In this document: positions 26,123 to 38,870 of the stretch, piece by piece
Numbering within the stretch: position 1 is the first letter of the stretch
Layout of the letters: every line of letters begins with the position of its first letter
Assembly: GCA_001244265.2 (NCBI GenBank)
Contig: LN717261.1
Span: 2,371,591-2,435,590 of the forward strand
DNA: 64,000 bases
Source of the DNA: Microbotryum violaceum
Taxonomy: Eukaryota
Direction of reading: 5' to 3'
Notes under the pieces: generated by a model
What the model was told of the DNA's origin: nothing
Seen by the model: the letters and a program-made list of their open reading frames with translations, nothing else
The model's database searches: none
Made by a program: the position numbers and the translations under genes

Positions 26123-26640
26123 TTTTTATTTATTTATTTGATAGACTTCATTAACAGCATAATTATATTAATACCTAGAAATCTTCGGAAAAGTCGGAGG
26201 GAATGCTGTTACGCACACTGGCAGAAGCCAGTAGTGTAGGACTCATTGACCCTGAACCAGGATCAACCATACCCACTAAAACCCCCTTTGGTGTCTTACA
26301 GAGACACTAGGCGACCCTTGGACTCCTGGATAGAGGCTCGAAGCCCCTCGAACTCCGTTTCGGTGATCGGTTCCAAAAGATCCGACGAGAATCGACGACG
26401 GCGACAGAGCTTCCAGATCGAGTGAAAGAAGAGGACTCGTAGTTCGACAAGTCGACGTTCCGAGCGAGACACGACCGGGCATACCAAGTCCACAAAGACT
26501 GGGTGGGGGTCGGGGACAGAGCAGACCAGAGGCGCCGGGCAAATGGGCAGCCGACCACGAGGTGAACCAGGCACTCGGGTGCTTCCGAGAGGCACATCAC
26601 ACAGGAGGTAGATCAATTGTTGGGATGTGGGCTGGTTGGG
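26123..26640 (-). mobile_element. 3' fragment of a second LINE family
   Basis: zf-RVT-like C...E...HLVVGCPFARRLW; A-rich (AAAT) tail at ~26123-26140. Confidence 0.65.
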
Positions 26641-26659
26641 GAGGCGACTTGGCTTTCCG

Positions 26660-26937
26660 GATAAGGATTTGCCCGAGATTACGCGCGCTTAACGGTGCAT
26701 AAGATACGCATAAGGACGCATACGCGCATAAGAGCGCTTACGGACCGCTTTGTGTATGCAAACGAAGCGCGCCGTATGCGCGCCGTAAGAGTCCCTTATC
26801 TAGGGTACACTTAAGCGACACTTAACACGCGCGCGGCTTAACGAGTGGTTAAGGGCGCTTAAGAGCAGCTTTAGGCCGCTTAACGACTGCTTTACAAGGT
26901 TTTGCGCGCTTACGCGCGTTTGGCCATTTTGCTGATG
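26660..26937 (-). mobile_element. MITE family A, partial copy
   Basis: Reverse complement of 39386-39720; ends in the TIR attttgctgatg. Confidence 0.8.
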
Positions 26938-28850
26938 TCGCCAATTCCGAGAGGAGGACGGTCCGTTTGTTCTGCCGACTAGTGATCCCACGACTTGGAA
27001 GGCAACCATGGCCCACCACAAGTCTCACAAATGGGCGCAAGGTGCAATCAATGAGTTCGAGTCATTGCGTGATGATTACTCAGTCTTTATGATTATGAAA
27101 CAAGACAAGCTTCCCATCGGCGCCAAGGTTCTCGGGTCGAAGTTCGTTTTCCGAACAAAACGGGACAAGGATGGTTGGCCAACTTCGTACAAAGCTCGAC
27201 TTGTTGCACAAGGCTTCACGCAACGGCCGAGAATCGACTTCAAAGAGACGTTTGCAGCGACAGCAAAGTTTGTCTCGATTCGTACTCTCATTGCGTTGGC
27301 GGCGGCCCGGGGTTACCATATCATCCAAGCGGACATTTACAAGGCCTATTTGCATGGCGAACCTGAAGAGGAATTGTACATGCGCATACCGGAGGGAATC
27401 CGACTGCCCGACAATGTCTGTCTCAAGTTACACCGCTCAATTTACGGTCTCAAGCAGGCCGGCCGGGTATGGAACGAGACAATCCATAAGACCCTCGTCA
27501 AGCTTGGTTACAATCGTCTTTGGAGCGAAGAGTGTGTCTATCGTCGAACACTTGGCAAAGACGATTATTACATCGCGGTTTACGTCAACGACATGCTGTT
27601 AGCCGGTCCCGACTTATCCGAAATTGATCGCGTGCTCAACGGATTGGATTGACTGTACGGAGTCAAACATCTTGGCAATGCAGAGTACATCCTTGGCGTC
27701 CAGCTAATTCGTCAAGCGGACGGGATTGCGTTGTTGCAACGACAGTATTTGCTCAATGTACTTGCAAGGTTTGGCATGGCGGATGCTAACAAAAGTGTAT
27801 TACCAATGCAACCGGGTCTTCAGCTCAAACCCTGCGACACTCCGGATCCATCGTTACAGATGCAGTTCAGGTCGGCGATTGGATTGTTGATGTACGCTGT
27901 CATTGCAACTCGGCCTGATCTTGCATACCCGGTGTCGTACTTGGCAAGATCCACGAACAAGGCGGGCAGCGACCATTGGGCGGCAGCTCTGAAGAGCCTA
28001 CGCTACATCAAGGGAACTCTCAAACTCGACAATTGTCTACAAGGCGAAACGTGATTCGTTGGTTGGATACGTGGGATACTCGGATTCAGACTGGGGTTCC
28101 TGCATCAACACATCCCGATCTACAATGGGGCATGTCTTCAAGCTGGCTGACGGGCCAATTTCTTGGAGTTCTCGGATCCAGAGCCGAGTGGCGACGTCAT
28201 CAACGGAAGCGGAATACATCGGCCTTACTCATGCGTCTTGAGACTGTCAGTTCTTGAGAAATCTGCTCGCGGAATTGGGAATCACAATCTGTGGGCCGAT
28301 CGAGCTGAAAGGCGACAATCAAGGCACGATAGCTCTCACAAAGAACCCGGTGTTCCACAATCGAACTAAGCACCTACGCCTGACGGAGCATTTCGTTCGA
28401 GAACGGGTACAAGAAGGTGACATTGTCGTTAACTATCTTCCAACCGCCGAGATGCTCGCCAACATGTTTACGAAGGCGTTGCCAAGACCGGCACTAGAGC
28501 AGTACAGGGCGGCCATAGGGATGGGAATCATGTAGGCCTTAGAGCGAGGGGGGGTGTTGAGTTGACACTTGAGGAGTACACTCTGCAGGCTACATGAGTG
28601 CAAGCGCGCATGGGCTTTCTCTTAGCTTCCTTCTGATTCGAGGGTTCTAACGTATTGAACCGCCTCGAATCAGACGCCAAAATTCTAGACATCAACGGAG
28701 ATGTGATCCAGTGCGGGACAAAATCCGTTGCTCAACGACCGAGGGGGCTTAGTCGGTGGCCCTGTGGTAGGGAACAGCCGTTTGAAGCAGTCTGGACAGA
28801 GTGAGCACTGAAGCGTGTTGTTCGTGGGTGAGAATACGCGAGCTGATGGA

Positions 28851-29699
28851 TTAAATCGCTCGGTCAATGGAGACGTCAGGGATGGATGAGTGCGCCCTGT
28901 CAAGCTGAAACTCCGCAAGTCGGAGGTCCGTCCGTAGTGTAGAGTTGGTTAATCTCCTCCAAATCCCTGATTCCTCACGCTTGATGTCATCTTCAGGCCC
29001 CGATCGTACGTTATGCCCGAAGACTCTCTCGGAACACACCAGGCAGCAGAAGAGATGGGAACGAGCGTTAGTGAAGTAATCATTCCATTCAGAACGGTTC
29101 TCGGTCTTCAACTGATCGGATGCTGGCGCAAAATGCGATGGCACTTTACCGGGAGGTTCTTGTGCGGGTTTGGGATGCAGTGGTGGACGTCTGTGCAGCA
29201 TTTGTTTAGAGTCAGTCGCTGAGATGTTCTTGCGATTCTTCTGGACTTCCTCGTTCAGTCGGGCTTGAAGCACGTCAACAGGTTTTGATGCGTATGCTCT
29301 GTGCTCGGGGAAGCAATGACGACGTGGCAGAGTCATGGGACTTGCCGCTTGTTCCCTTCTGAAAACATACCCATTTGAACAAGCATTACAGTTGGGATTG
29401 CACGACCAAAGGAGCGCTTGTAGGGATAGCTCTTTCGCAAGCGGGTTCCTCCTGGAGTATCCTTCCACATGGTGCACCCAAAAATGCTCCTTTGGGAGAT
29501 CCATGCTGAAGTTGATGCTGCTGCACACAAGCTGCCCAAGACTGCATTTGACAACCACATCATTGAGTGTTGACACTGGACTGTTGCGTAAGAGCGGACC
29601 GGAATACACATACTGCGCTTGATTGGTGTGGCGGGAGAATCGGCTGTCGCTACTAGTGGTGGACGCGAAGCTTAACATGTTGCCGAAATTGTTGTGCAC
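28851..29699 (-). CDS. Cys-rich ORF of unknown function, probably internal to TIR family B
   Basis: 282-aa ORF with CNPNCNAC and CCLVC, plus CSLCPDC in an adjacent frame; lies next to a family B terminus. Confidence 0.3.
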   Translation of the reverse strand: MHNNFGNMLSFASTTSSDSRFSRHTNQAQYVYSGPLLRNSPVSTLNDVVVKCSLGQLVCSSINFSMDLPKEHFWVHHVEGYSRRNPLAKELSLQALLWSCNPNCNACSNGYVFRREQAASPMTLPRRHCFPEHRAYASKPVDVLQARLNEEVQKNRKNISATDSKQMLHRRPPLHPKPAQEPPGKVPSHFAPASDQLKTENRSEWNDYFTNARSHLFCCLVCSERVFGHNVRSGPEDDIKREESGIWRRLTNSTLRTDLRLAEFQLDRAHSSIPDVSIDRAI

Positions 29700-29989
29700 T
29701 GCAGTGGGCTGACCTTGGTGGTGCGGAGGTGTACAAGATCAGAAAGCAGTGACATGACGGCGGTTGTGTGATAGCCTGTCTTAGAAATGTGAGGAAACTC
29801 GGTCCAAGTTAGAACAAAGCAGTATGTAATGATTGGCACGCTTAGCCGGGGTCCTCCTATCCGGGGGAGCATTGTTCAAACCGATCGGCGCTGAAATTGG
29901 GCTCTCCTATGGGACTTCAACAGCCACGCGCGTGCGGGGTATTTCGGCCATTTCGTCCAATAAAATCTCAGAATAGCATCATTTTCGAG

Positions 29990-30420
29990 GCTGGGACCCC
30001 CCCAATTCGCCATTTTTCGAAACAAAACCTTCAGCTCTAACGAGCTTCAGGGATTGAAAAAAATCTGATTTTTGGAAAAATCCAAAAAGCGCGTAATTTG
30101 AGTAGGTTGCGCGCGCATGAGCGCGCTGTAGCGCGTGTAATGCCCTGTTTGTGCGCGGATACGGCGGGGCGAGCGAGTCTAACAGTGAGTGAAAAGCGCG
30201 CGACCGCCAATAGGGGCCAGAAACAGATGTTTTTCCTGGAAAGCGCGCAACTCCACAGATTCCAGAGCGCGTTAGAGACCAAAAGTGCAAGAGTGAATGA
30301 CGCGCGTATGAAGGACCTTTGGCGCACAATTGCACAATTCCGGTGCGCGTACAAACAAATTGTAACACGCAAGTAGCCCCGGGCACGCAAATCCATTTGT
30401 TGCCCAAACGGCGGCCCATA
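29990..30420. mobile_element. Terminus of TIR element family B
   Basis: Highly similar to 50270-50735; ends in ccatttgttgcccaaacggcggcccata. Confidence 0.8.
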
Positions 30421-31745
30421 ACACAGCTTCAAAAGAAGGTCCTGGAACAACGAGTTGTCAAATTCACGACCATTGTCCGACCTGACCCTTTTAATTTTGT
30501 GACCTGTCTGCCGCTCAGCCTCAGCTTGAAACTTTGTCCATGCTCCAATGATCATCTCCGCCCTCTTGTCCTTCAGCACGATTGTCCATTTAGCCGTTGA
30601 ATACTGATCCACAATTGGGAGATAGATGGTATCACCATGGTGGTTGGAATGTTTGACGAAACCAAGGTTGATGAAGACACAATAGAGAGGGTGAGGCACT
30701 TTGGTACTCTTGGCGGAGAAGGGAGATCACTTTGACTTTGCCTGGATGCACAAGTAGCAGGGAATGACCTTTTCATCCTTTAAAGTGATGCCAGTAATAG
30801 CCCCAGACTTGACGGCCAAAACGATTGCTGCAGGAGATTGATGGCCCAATTGCAACTTCCGATGCACCTCCATCAACTTGCACGTTCCAGTGAGACAATT
30901 GGCGGTGAAGATGACAGGATAAGCTGAACTGGAGCAGCAATCCATGATAAAGCCTCAACCAGGATGCGAGTGAAGGATTGACTTGTTGCGGACGCTGAAG
31001 ATGAGGTTGCTTTGAGGACCCACAACGTACCTCATTGATTCCAACAGACAATCAATTGAGATGAAGCCACATTGAGCACCGGGCATGTAGTAAACCTTTT
31101 TCAAGGTAACACGACAGCCATAGGAGGTAAGGAATGTCACTGAGCCATGGCCTGGATAGTCTATTTGAGATTGGTCGGCGACGGAGATTCCGAGTGGCCC
31201 AGAGATGAAGTCCGAGATCACCGACTTGTCACCAATGCAATGGTCTTTGGCACCCGAATCAATGATCCATGGAAAAACAGGCATAGCCTTCGAGTAAGGG
31301 AAAGTGTAGGTCATCAATGCAAGTTTGTCTATACCAATGGCAGCAACATTCAAGTTTGAGTTTGAGTCCGAGGGAGGAGCGGAGACATTCACATTGTTGT
31401 TCCTGCTTGGACAAAGACACCAACCACATTTGTGACCGTGGGCCTTGCAGCGAGAACAATACAACTTGGAGTAGTCCTTTGGCGCGGTAGTAGAAATATG
31501 AGCGACAAGGCTGCTATTGTCAACAATTCGATCAGATAGCGATGCTTTCTGTCTGTTACGAGACTCGGGCAACTCGTTGTTCATAAGGAGCTTAGGATAG
31601 AACATGTTCCAGTCCATGTGGATGTTGACATTGGACGCAAGGTTGCCAACGATCGAGTTGTACTGGTCAGGAAGTGAGCAAACAAGCATCACTGCAAACA
31701 ACCAGTTTGGATGCGGAACACCGAGGTTTTTGAAGTCGATCATGG
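30421..31745 (-). mobile_element. Copia fragment (gag, protease, integrase N-terminal half)
   Basis: CSRCKAHGHKCGWC knuckle, WIIDSGA protease and RVRSDNGREF integrase motifs; truncated at the family B TIR. Confidence 0.88.
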
Positions 31746-31830
31746 CAATCTTGACCTTTACTACCTCTTTACCCTAACTAGTAAAAAAAAAATGTGAGTT
31801 AAGGAATGTACCTAAAATCGCTGTTTTTAA

Positions 31831-31860
31831 CTAGGTGGTGGCCCGGAGGGCCGCCTGTGG
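31831..31860 (-). mobile_element. Helitron-type 3' terminus
   Basis: Minus strand reads ggccctccgggcc hairpin, then accac, CTAG, then T. Confidence 0.5.
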
Positions 31861-32329
31861 TGGATGCACCAGCATACTGTTGTGTCTGCCGCACCTGCCT
31901 GTGGTGTTGGGGTTCCGATCAGAAGTCATGTACAAGCCCTATGGTGACTTTTGTATTTTCCGCGCCGTTCCAACGAATCTACAGCGCTCCCAGTATTTTC
32001 TTTCTTTTCTTCGCTGACATAAACCAATGCTTCCACTCATATTGCATTTAATGAACCGCAAGCGCGTGGCTTTGCATGATATTGCTTCTACAGCAGAGCT
32101 CCGCCTGACGCGCGAGGCGAGGGCTGGCGTCTGACGTCTGTGTCGTCTGTCACGTGATGCGGCGCGCTGGCGGTGTGAGTCTGTGTCAGTAAGTCTCGGG
32201 CGCGAGCTACACTCGCGCCCTGCTGCTCGATTCTCCTCTTCGTCCCGCTCCAATCAACAGAATCAGCTCCCCGTGCGTGATTAACAACAACTCAACCGAT
32301 CTTGGTGTTGCGACCCGAATGAGCGCCCC

Positions 32330-35300
32330 CCGTACAGCTTTGTAGAATGGGCAGCACGTTGAGCTCACCCCACCACTACATCCTCCTGCGCAAAGGCGCG
32401 CAAAGGCGAGCGCGCAGGCCTCGAATTGCGCTCGAACCCCTCAAGCCCCACGTTTTTGCAGGGCAAGGTGCAGCTACCTCCCCTCTCCGGCACAATCCCG
32501 AGTGTCGACAGCTACGTGAAGGCTCGGATAGCGGTCAGTTGCTCCGTCCAACAACCGTCGTCTGCAGTAGACCCACATGCTGAACTGTGCAAGAATCTTC
32601 CCACGCACACAGAAGCTATTGCATTGCGCGAGAACGCCCGGTCGTACAACAACGCGTTGTCGTTGACTCTGCTCGCTGCTCACTTTGACCAGACTCGACT
32701 GGGCATTCTAGGACCCCGCGTGTTTCGCGTGCTTGATCGGCTTTACTCCTCGACTCGGCGTCCAGATCCCTGTCGTCAATCAACGCTCCAGCCTTTGCTC
32801 AAACGTAGCTGATTGACCCAGCCGCCACCAACACTCAACTTGGACTCAACGGCGCAGGCAGTCGCATACAAAGGCCTACTTTGACCAAGCTCGAGTCCGC
32901 GTACCGGAAACCGCTTTGTGAAGGAGTTTGCATCAGCCAAAGCTTGCGCAGGCTGGGGATACGGCCAAAGAGTGGGTCCTGCGCCTCTGTCTACCACCAG
33001 GCCGAGACCGACGCACCCACAACCTTCCTCTGCCGAGCACGGAAACGACGATGCTTATCTGCGATTCCGACACCAACACGGGAGATTGTGGACCGCAAGA
33101 ACTTATTGTCCAGGTGCGCAGTCATCAATGTCCCAATGGTCGACCCAAGTACCAAGTCATCAGCTCGCTCCATCCGTCTGCAATGCCTCTCCGGTACCCA
33201 ACACTCTTCGCCGCAGAGGAAAATAGCTCCCACCTCAACACTCCTCTTTGCGGGTTCCACCAAGCCGGGCCGCCCATTGCCAGAAACCGAGAGCAGATCG
33301 ACAATGGTGTCCAATTGCGCGAGGGACTTCCGGTCTCGGTCTGGATGACGAACAAGGAGGATGAAGACCGCAAGGAAGGGGACAAAGAGGATGGTGATGA
33401 AAGGCACAAGATCGCTCTCGAGCCTCACTGGCAACCTAGCTGACAGGTGCAAGTTATATGGATTGCAACTAGCTTCTGGTGTCAGCCCAATGGGGAGGGA
33501 ACTGAAGAAGCTAGGTGCGCGCGATCTCTATTTCTAATACCTGTGGCCCGTAGTAAGGCGCACGCCTTACACTCTCCCCGCCTTGAAACAAATCCCCTCC
33601 GGTCAAAAATCCTACTCCTCATTCCGACGCTCCCACCTATCCAATGCCTCCGTATCCTCCAGTGCCTCGGCAGGCTCCCATGAATTGCTGTCTGACGGCC
33701 ACGAGAGCCACGAGACGAGGTATTGCTGCTTGCCAGCACGGATCCTCTCGTCGACAATGTCTTCAATGATGTACTCCGGCTCGCCACCTACATCCACTGG
33801 GCCCAGTCTCACAGGTTCACGGTTGGGGAACAGGGCTGTGTCGTTCTTGCGGTAGGTCTTGAGCTTACCTGTGTGAAAGAATAGTACCGCTGCATCATCC
33901 CCGTTCAGTTGCAGGGTGTAGGACGAGATTTCCGGTCGGGCCTTGACAATGCAACAGTGACCGTCGAAGCGGTCCATGAGCTTGGCTGTGTGGCGCTTGC
34001 GGGTGTGGAGCCATTTTCGGCGATCACTTGAGTCGAGAAGAACAAGATCCCCAACAGCCCAAGAGGGCTCATCCTGGCGCTCCTTGTTGGACTGTGCTGC
34101 CTGCTGAACCGTGGAAATGGTGAACTGGTCCCGGACGTCTTCACAGGCTTGGAATCGAAGGGCAAGCAACTCCTCAACGGACGGCAAGTCATCATTACTG
34201 TCGACGCGGGCAAGCGGGGCGAGGGAGGGCGTGTAGCCAAGCACAAGCTCGAAGGGGGTTTTCCCGGTAGCGACATTGAGAGACAAGTTGATGGCATACT
34301 CACAGACAGCAAGGCACTCCGCCCAGTTGGATTGCTCCTTGTTGACGAGCGCTCGAAGAATCTGGAAGGCAGTCTTGTTCGTTTTCTCGCTGCAACCGTC
34401 CGTCTCCGGGTGAAACGCTGAAGAGAGCTGGAGCTTGATATTCAGGCGCTTGTGCAGGGCAGTCCAGAACTTGCTTGTGAACAGCTTGTCCCGGTCCGAG
34501 ACAATGCTTTGAGGGAGGCCAAAAAGGCAGTGCCATCCTTCATGGAAGCGCGCGGCAACCTCCGCTGCGGTGTCAGCTTTGCGGGCAGGGAGCAAACGGA
34601 CGTATCCCGACAGGCGGTCGGTGATTGTCAACATGCGGTCAAAGCCTTTGTTGGCGGGCAGCGGTCCGACAAAATCGATGGCAATGTTGGCCATGGGTCG
34701 CGTCGGGACAGGAAGCGAGTGGAGTTTGCCAGCGATGCAAGTGGTACGAGCCTTGGTCCGCTGACAAGAATCACATTGTTGGACGTAGTGCTTGACGTCC
34801 CGGGACATGTTGGGCCAGAAGTATGCCTGCTGAATGGTTCGGTACGTTTTCATATCACCTAGATGCCCCTGCGCATCATGAGCATTGTGAAGGATGGACT
34901 CACGGAGCGGGGCTAGTGATGGAATGATAAGCCAGCCCCGTAAATACAGCAATGCATCAACAATCTTGAAGTCCGATGTGACCGAGCCAATGTTAGACAT
35001 GGCTTGCTGGCAGAATGGGTCGGTCTCGTACGCGTCGAGGATCTGCTGCTTGACAGCATCCAAAAGCTTGACATGGGAGACAGCGGCCACTAGGGTGGGC
35101 AGTGGGTCGGTGAAAGAGTATCAACTCATGGCGTCGGCTACAATGTTGTCCTCGCCGGGCAGGTATCGAAGGTTGTAATCAAATTTGGCCAGGGTGTCCA
35201 GCCAACGGGCTTGTCGGCAAGAGAGAACGGTGCGCTGGGTCTGGAAGTGCTCGAGTGTGGAGTGATCAGTGAGGATGTGGAAGTGGCCGCCAAGCAAGTC

Positions 35301-38300
35301 AATGCGCCATTCCTTGAGTGCTTCGACAATGGCAAGGAGTTCCTGCTCGTGTGTGGGGTAGTTGCGTTCAGCGGGTATGTATTGCCTGGACCAGTACGCA
35401 ATGGGGCGCACCACCTTCCACTCCTGACCCTGGAGGAGGACACCACCAATTCCCTGATTGCTTGCATCAGTCATCACCCAGAACGGAGCAGCATTGGCAG
35501 AGTGGTCGGGCGGCCGAAGGCAGTCAAGTGAGGTGACAATGGCCTTGATGGCTTTGAAGTGGCGGCCCTCGTTGGGTGTCCAGAGCGTGGCAATAGATGA
35601 GAGTCCTTGGCGCATCAAGGGAGTCAGTGCAGCGGTGTGCTCAGCAAGGCCAGGGATGAACTTGCGAAGATACTGCACCAGCCCAAGGAAACCCTTGAGT
35701 TCCTTGACCATCTTGGGTAGTGACCAGTCTTCAATGCGCTGGATCTTCTTGGGGTCCCCATGCACCCCGGCGTGGTTGATGATGTGGCCAAGGAACGAGC
35801 ACTCCGCAGTGGCAAGGTTGGTTTTGGTTGACGAGCAATAGAGTTTGGCACAGCGCAGCGCATCCAGGACTTGGCAAACACGGGCCTCGTGCTCCTCCAG
35901 TGTATCCGCAAAGATGGTGAAGTCGTCGAGGTAGACAAAGCAGATGGTGCCAAGCAGGCCTTGGAGCGCCTCATTGACACGTTGTTGGTGGGTGGCAGGG
36001 GCATTGCAGAGGCCCATGGGCATGACGGTCCATTCGTACAAACCCCAAGGTGTGGACACGGCCGTCTTATGGATGTTGTCCTCCGCCATCTTGGTCTGAA
36101 AGAAGGAGTTGGTCATGTCAATCTTGGCCCAGAATTGCGCATTGGAGCACGTCGAGAGAATGTTGTCCGGCAAGGGCAGAGGCGTGCGGTCTTTGATGGT
36201 GTGCTTGTTGAGCTTGCGGTAGTCGTTCACCCAGCGCGGGGCGATTGTGGGATCCACGTCGCAGCCCTTCTTTGGGATGATGAACGAGGGTGATGAGTAT
36301 GCCGACTGAGAGGGGCGGAGGCGACCGGCCGTGAGATGTTCCTGTAGTAGTAAGTACCATGCCTCGCAATACTTCTTTGGGAGGGGGTATCCTCAAAGGT
36401 TGACAACAGTGGACGGAGTGTCAAGCTCAATATGGTGTTGCACCGGGGATTGGTACGAGTGTACAACCGGGATATCCGCAGGAAAACGGTCGGCAAACTC
36501 CGCTCGGAGGCAATGGTCAAGCGCGGCAAGGCGGAGCTGCTCCTTGTCGTCAGAAACCGGAGCAATTGCGGCAACCCGCGCGGCAGCACACGGCTGGGAC
36601 GACAGCGCCAGCAGGTCTATAGCGTGTATGGGGTTGGCTTTGCAGGTGAGGTGTGGCTGAGGGAAGAGGCCGAGCTCCATCTTGTGCCAATAGATGAAGT
36701 TGCCTCCCAAGATGATTGCAAGGTCCTTCCCAAGGGGCGCTACCTCGGCGTACGTTGGTCCTGCGGCCCAGAGCCCATTGGCCAGCTCGAGCGAGATGTG
36801 GTCGGCGTTGAGAGTGCGGCAGCAATAGCATCCGTGGTTCTGGTCCAGGTACGCGCGCTCGTCGACGGTGAGTCGGGCAACGGGGCGGGGGCCACCCGTG
36901 ATTGGGGAATGGCCGGTAGCAGCTGTCGCAACGTGGGGTGCAGCCGAGGCTGCAGCGGGTTGCGAGTACGTGGGGCGCTGTTGTAGCGCACTGACCTGGG
37001 TCGCAATGGCTTGGCGTTGCTGCGCAATGACACTCCATTCCTCGCGACCAATCCTCTCAAAGACTTGGTAATCGAACTCAAGAGGTTGGTCCGTGTGTGC
37101 ATCACTAAAAACCTCAGCGGCCTCCGGACTGGTAGGGACCACCGGAGCGTCGAGGGCAAGCTTCTTGAGCGAGAGGTCCGACCAGCCAGCCAGCGATGAG
37201 ACCATGTGGGTGCGGAGGATCCGGCAGAGTTCCGGATTGGTGCCCAGGAGAACCAGCTTGGCCACTTCTTGGTCGGAGACGACCTGGAAGCCAATCTCCA
37301 TTTGCAGTGAGCGCATCTGATCGGAGAATTCCTGAAAGGTGTTGATGTTGTGGCCGGGGGCTTGGCGTAGACGGTGGAGTTCGGCGAGCTGGGTCCAGAC
37401 GAAGTCCGCTGGTACAGCCCGGCGAATCAGTTCTGACTTGAACTGAGCGTATGGCTTTGCAAGGTGCTTGCTCAGGCCCTGGGTGAACCAGGTCTTGAGC
37501 GCAAAGACCTGCAACCCCATACCGGCCCCCTCAATCTTATCGTAGTCGCTTGTGATGAGTGTACGGGCAATGCGACGGTTGTAGAAGTCCAGGGGCATGA
37601 AGTATTTGCGCAAGGCCTCCATCGAGGTGCTATGGAGTTGGGGAGGGTCATTGGGTTTATACGTGGGGCTGTGGCTGGGGGCGGTGGGCGTGGGCATGGT
37701 GCGCGGGGACGGTGCGATGTCGGCTGGTGAGGCGTGCGAAGGCGGTGCGTGTGTGGGCGCTGTGCTGGGGCTGGGAGTCTGCGTGCTATGATTGTGGGAT
37801 TGGCTTGCCTCGACAGATCTGGGCTAGTCGATGGGTTCGATGGTTCGACTACGGCCGGGCCTGATGAACGTAGGCCGTATCGTCGGGGTACCAATGAACT
37901 TGACGTTGTCAAAAAAAAAGTGAAAGGCACGAGATCGCTCTCGAGCCTCACTGGCGACCTAGCTGACAGGTGCAAGTTATATGGATTGCAACTAGCTTCT
38001 GGTGTCAGCCCGATGTACGAGAGTGCTGAGATATGGAACACCAGTACTCACCTAGCTTCTGGTGTCAGCCCGATGGGGAGGGAACTGAAGAAGCTAGGTG
38101 CGCGCGATCTCTATTTCTAATACCTGTGGCCCGTAGTAAGGTGCGCGCCTTACAGGTGATGGCGAACGTACGCGTCTTCGGCTCTTTCTCTGATGTTCCA
38201 TTCTGTTTAAGGCGCAAGCACAGACTGACATTGAACTTTTGAACACCTAGGACGAAGGTCAAGTAAAGGGGTCGAGGTGGCAAGTCTCGCGTTCACAATT

Positions 38301-38740
38301 CTTTGCGCACTATTTGCCAAACGCACGAGTACTTCTCAATCCCGCATTGCACCCAACGTCCCTTCCTGGAGTCTGTGATTTATGGATATACTTCAAGTCG
38401 AGACCGATCGACTCTACACATCCGGTTGCATCAAGAGAACCTACGCCTTACCACGACCCAAGGCATCAACGGCTTGACCCCGAACCAAATTGGACGTTCG
38501 ATGACCTTGGGCTCGATGTTCAAGAATAGACCGCGCGACATCACGTGGCAGCGATACCAGGATGCGATGGCGTGCGTTGTCAAACATGGAAAGCCTCCGC
38601 TGCTCATCACGATGATGTACGACCCCGAAACACCGGAAATCAAGGCTGCACTGGGGCCAAATGACAAAGCATGCAACCGTCCGGATCTCATTGCACAAGT
38701 GTTTGAAGCCAAGTCCGGCAACAAGCGACATGCAGGCTGT
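32330..38740 (+). mobile_element. Helitron Rep relic interrupted by a gypsy element
   Basis: ARSYNNALSLT...GPRVFRV (32600-32750) and QRYQDAMACVVKHGKPPLLITM...RPDLIAQVF (38500-38710) match the Helitron_like_N region. Confidence 0.85.
33398..38154 (-). mobile_element. Ty3/gypsy chromovirus-type element with two LTRs, degenerate
   Basis: LTRs 33398-33571 and 37921-38154; TSD ggtga on both sides; gag 36393-37697, RT/RNase H 35121-36257 (YLDD), integrase-chromodomain 33612-35090. The protease DSG motif is missing, consistent with an internal deletion. Confidence 0.96.
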
Positions 38741-38870
38741 TTCGGGGATGAATATAGGATGAATGGATTTGGTTTTTTGGCTGTACTTCGTATTGTGTTT
38801 TCTTAACCTCTGCGCTGAGATCATGTAGACTGTGCGATTATCCTGCTATTTTTTGAATTTGATCCTCCCG

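Larger units (their letters stand above)
24590..28697 (+). mobile_element. 5'-truncated copia element (GAG-pre-integrase, integrase, RT, RNase H, 3' LTR) with nested insertions
   Basis: WHGRFAH...CELC, RSDRGGEF, YGLKQAGRVW, GYSDSDWG and KGDNQG motifs; PPT gagggggg; LTR tgttga...tcaac at 28555-28697. Confidence 0.9.

Noticed and set aside
38743-38870. Possible ~130-bp MITE (cggggatgaa...ttgatcctcccg)
   Set aside because: The terminal match is weak and there is only one copy in the window.
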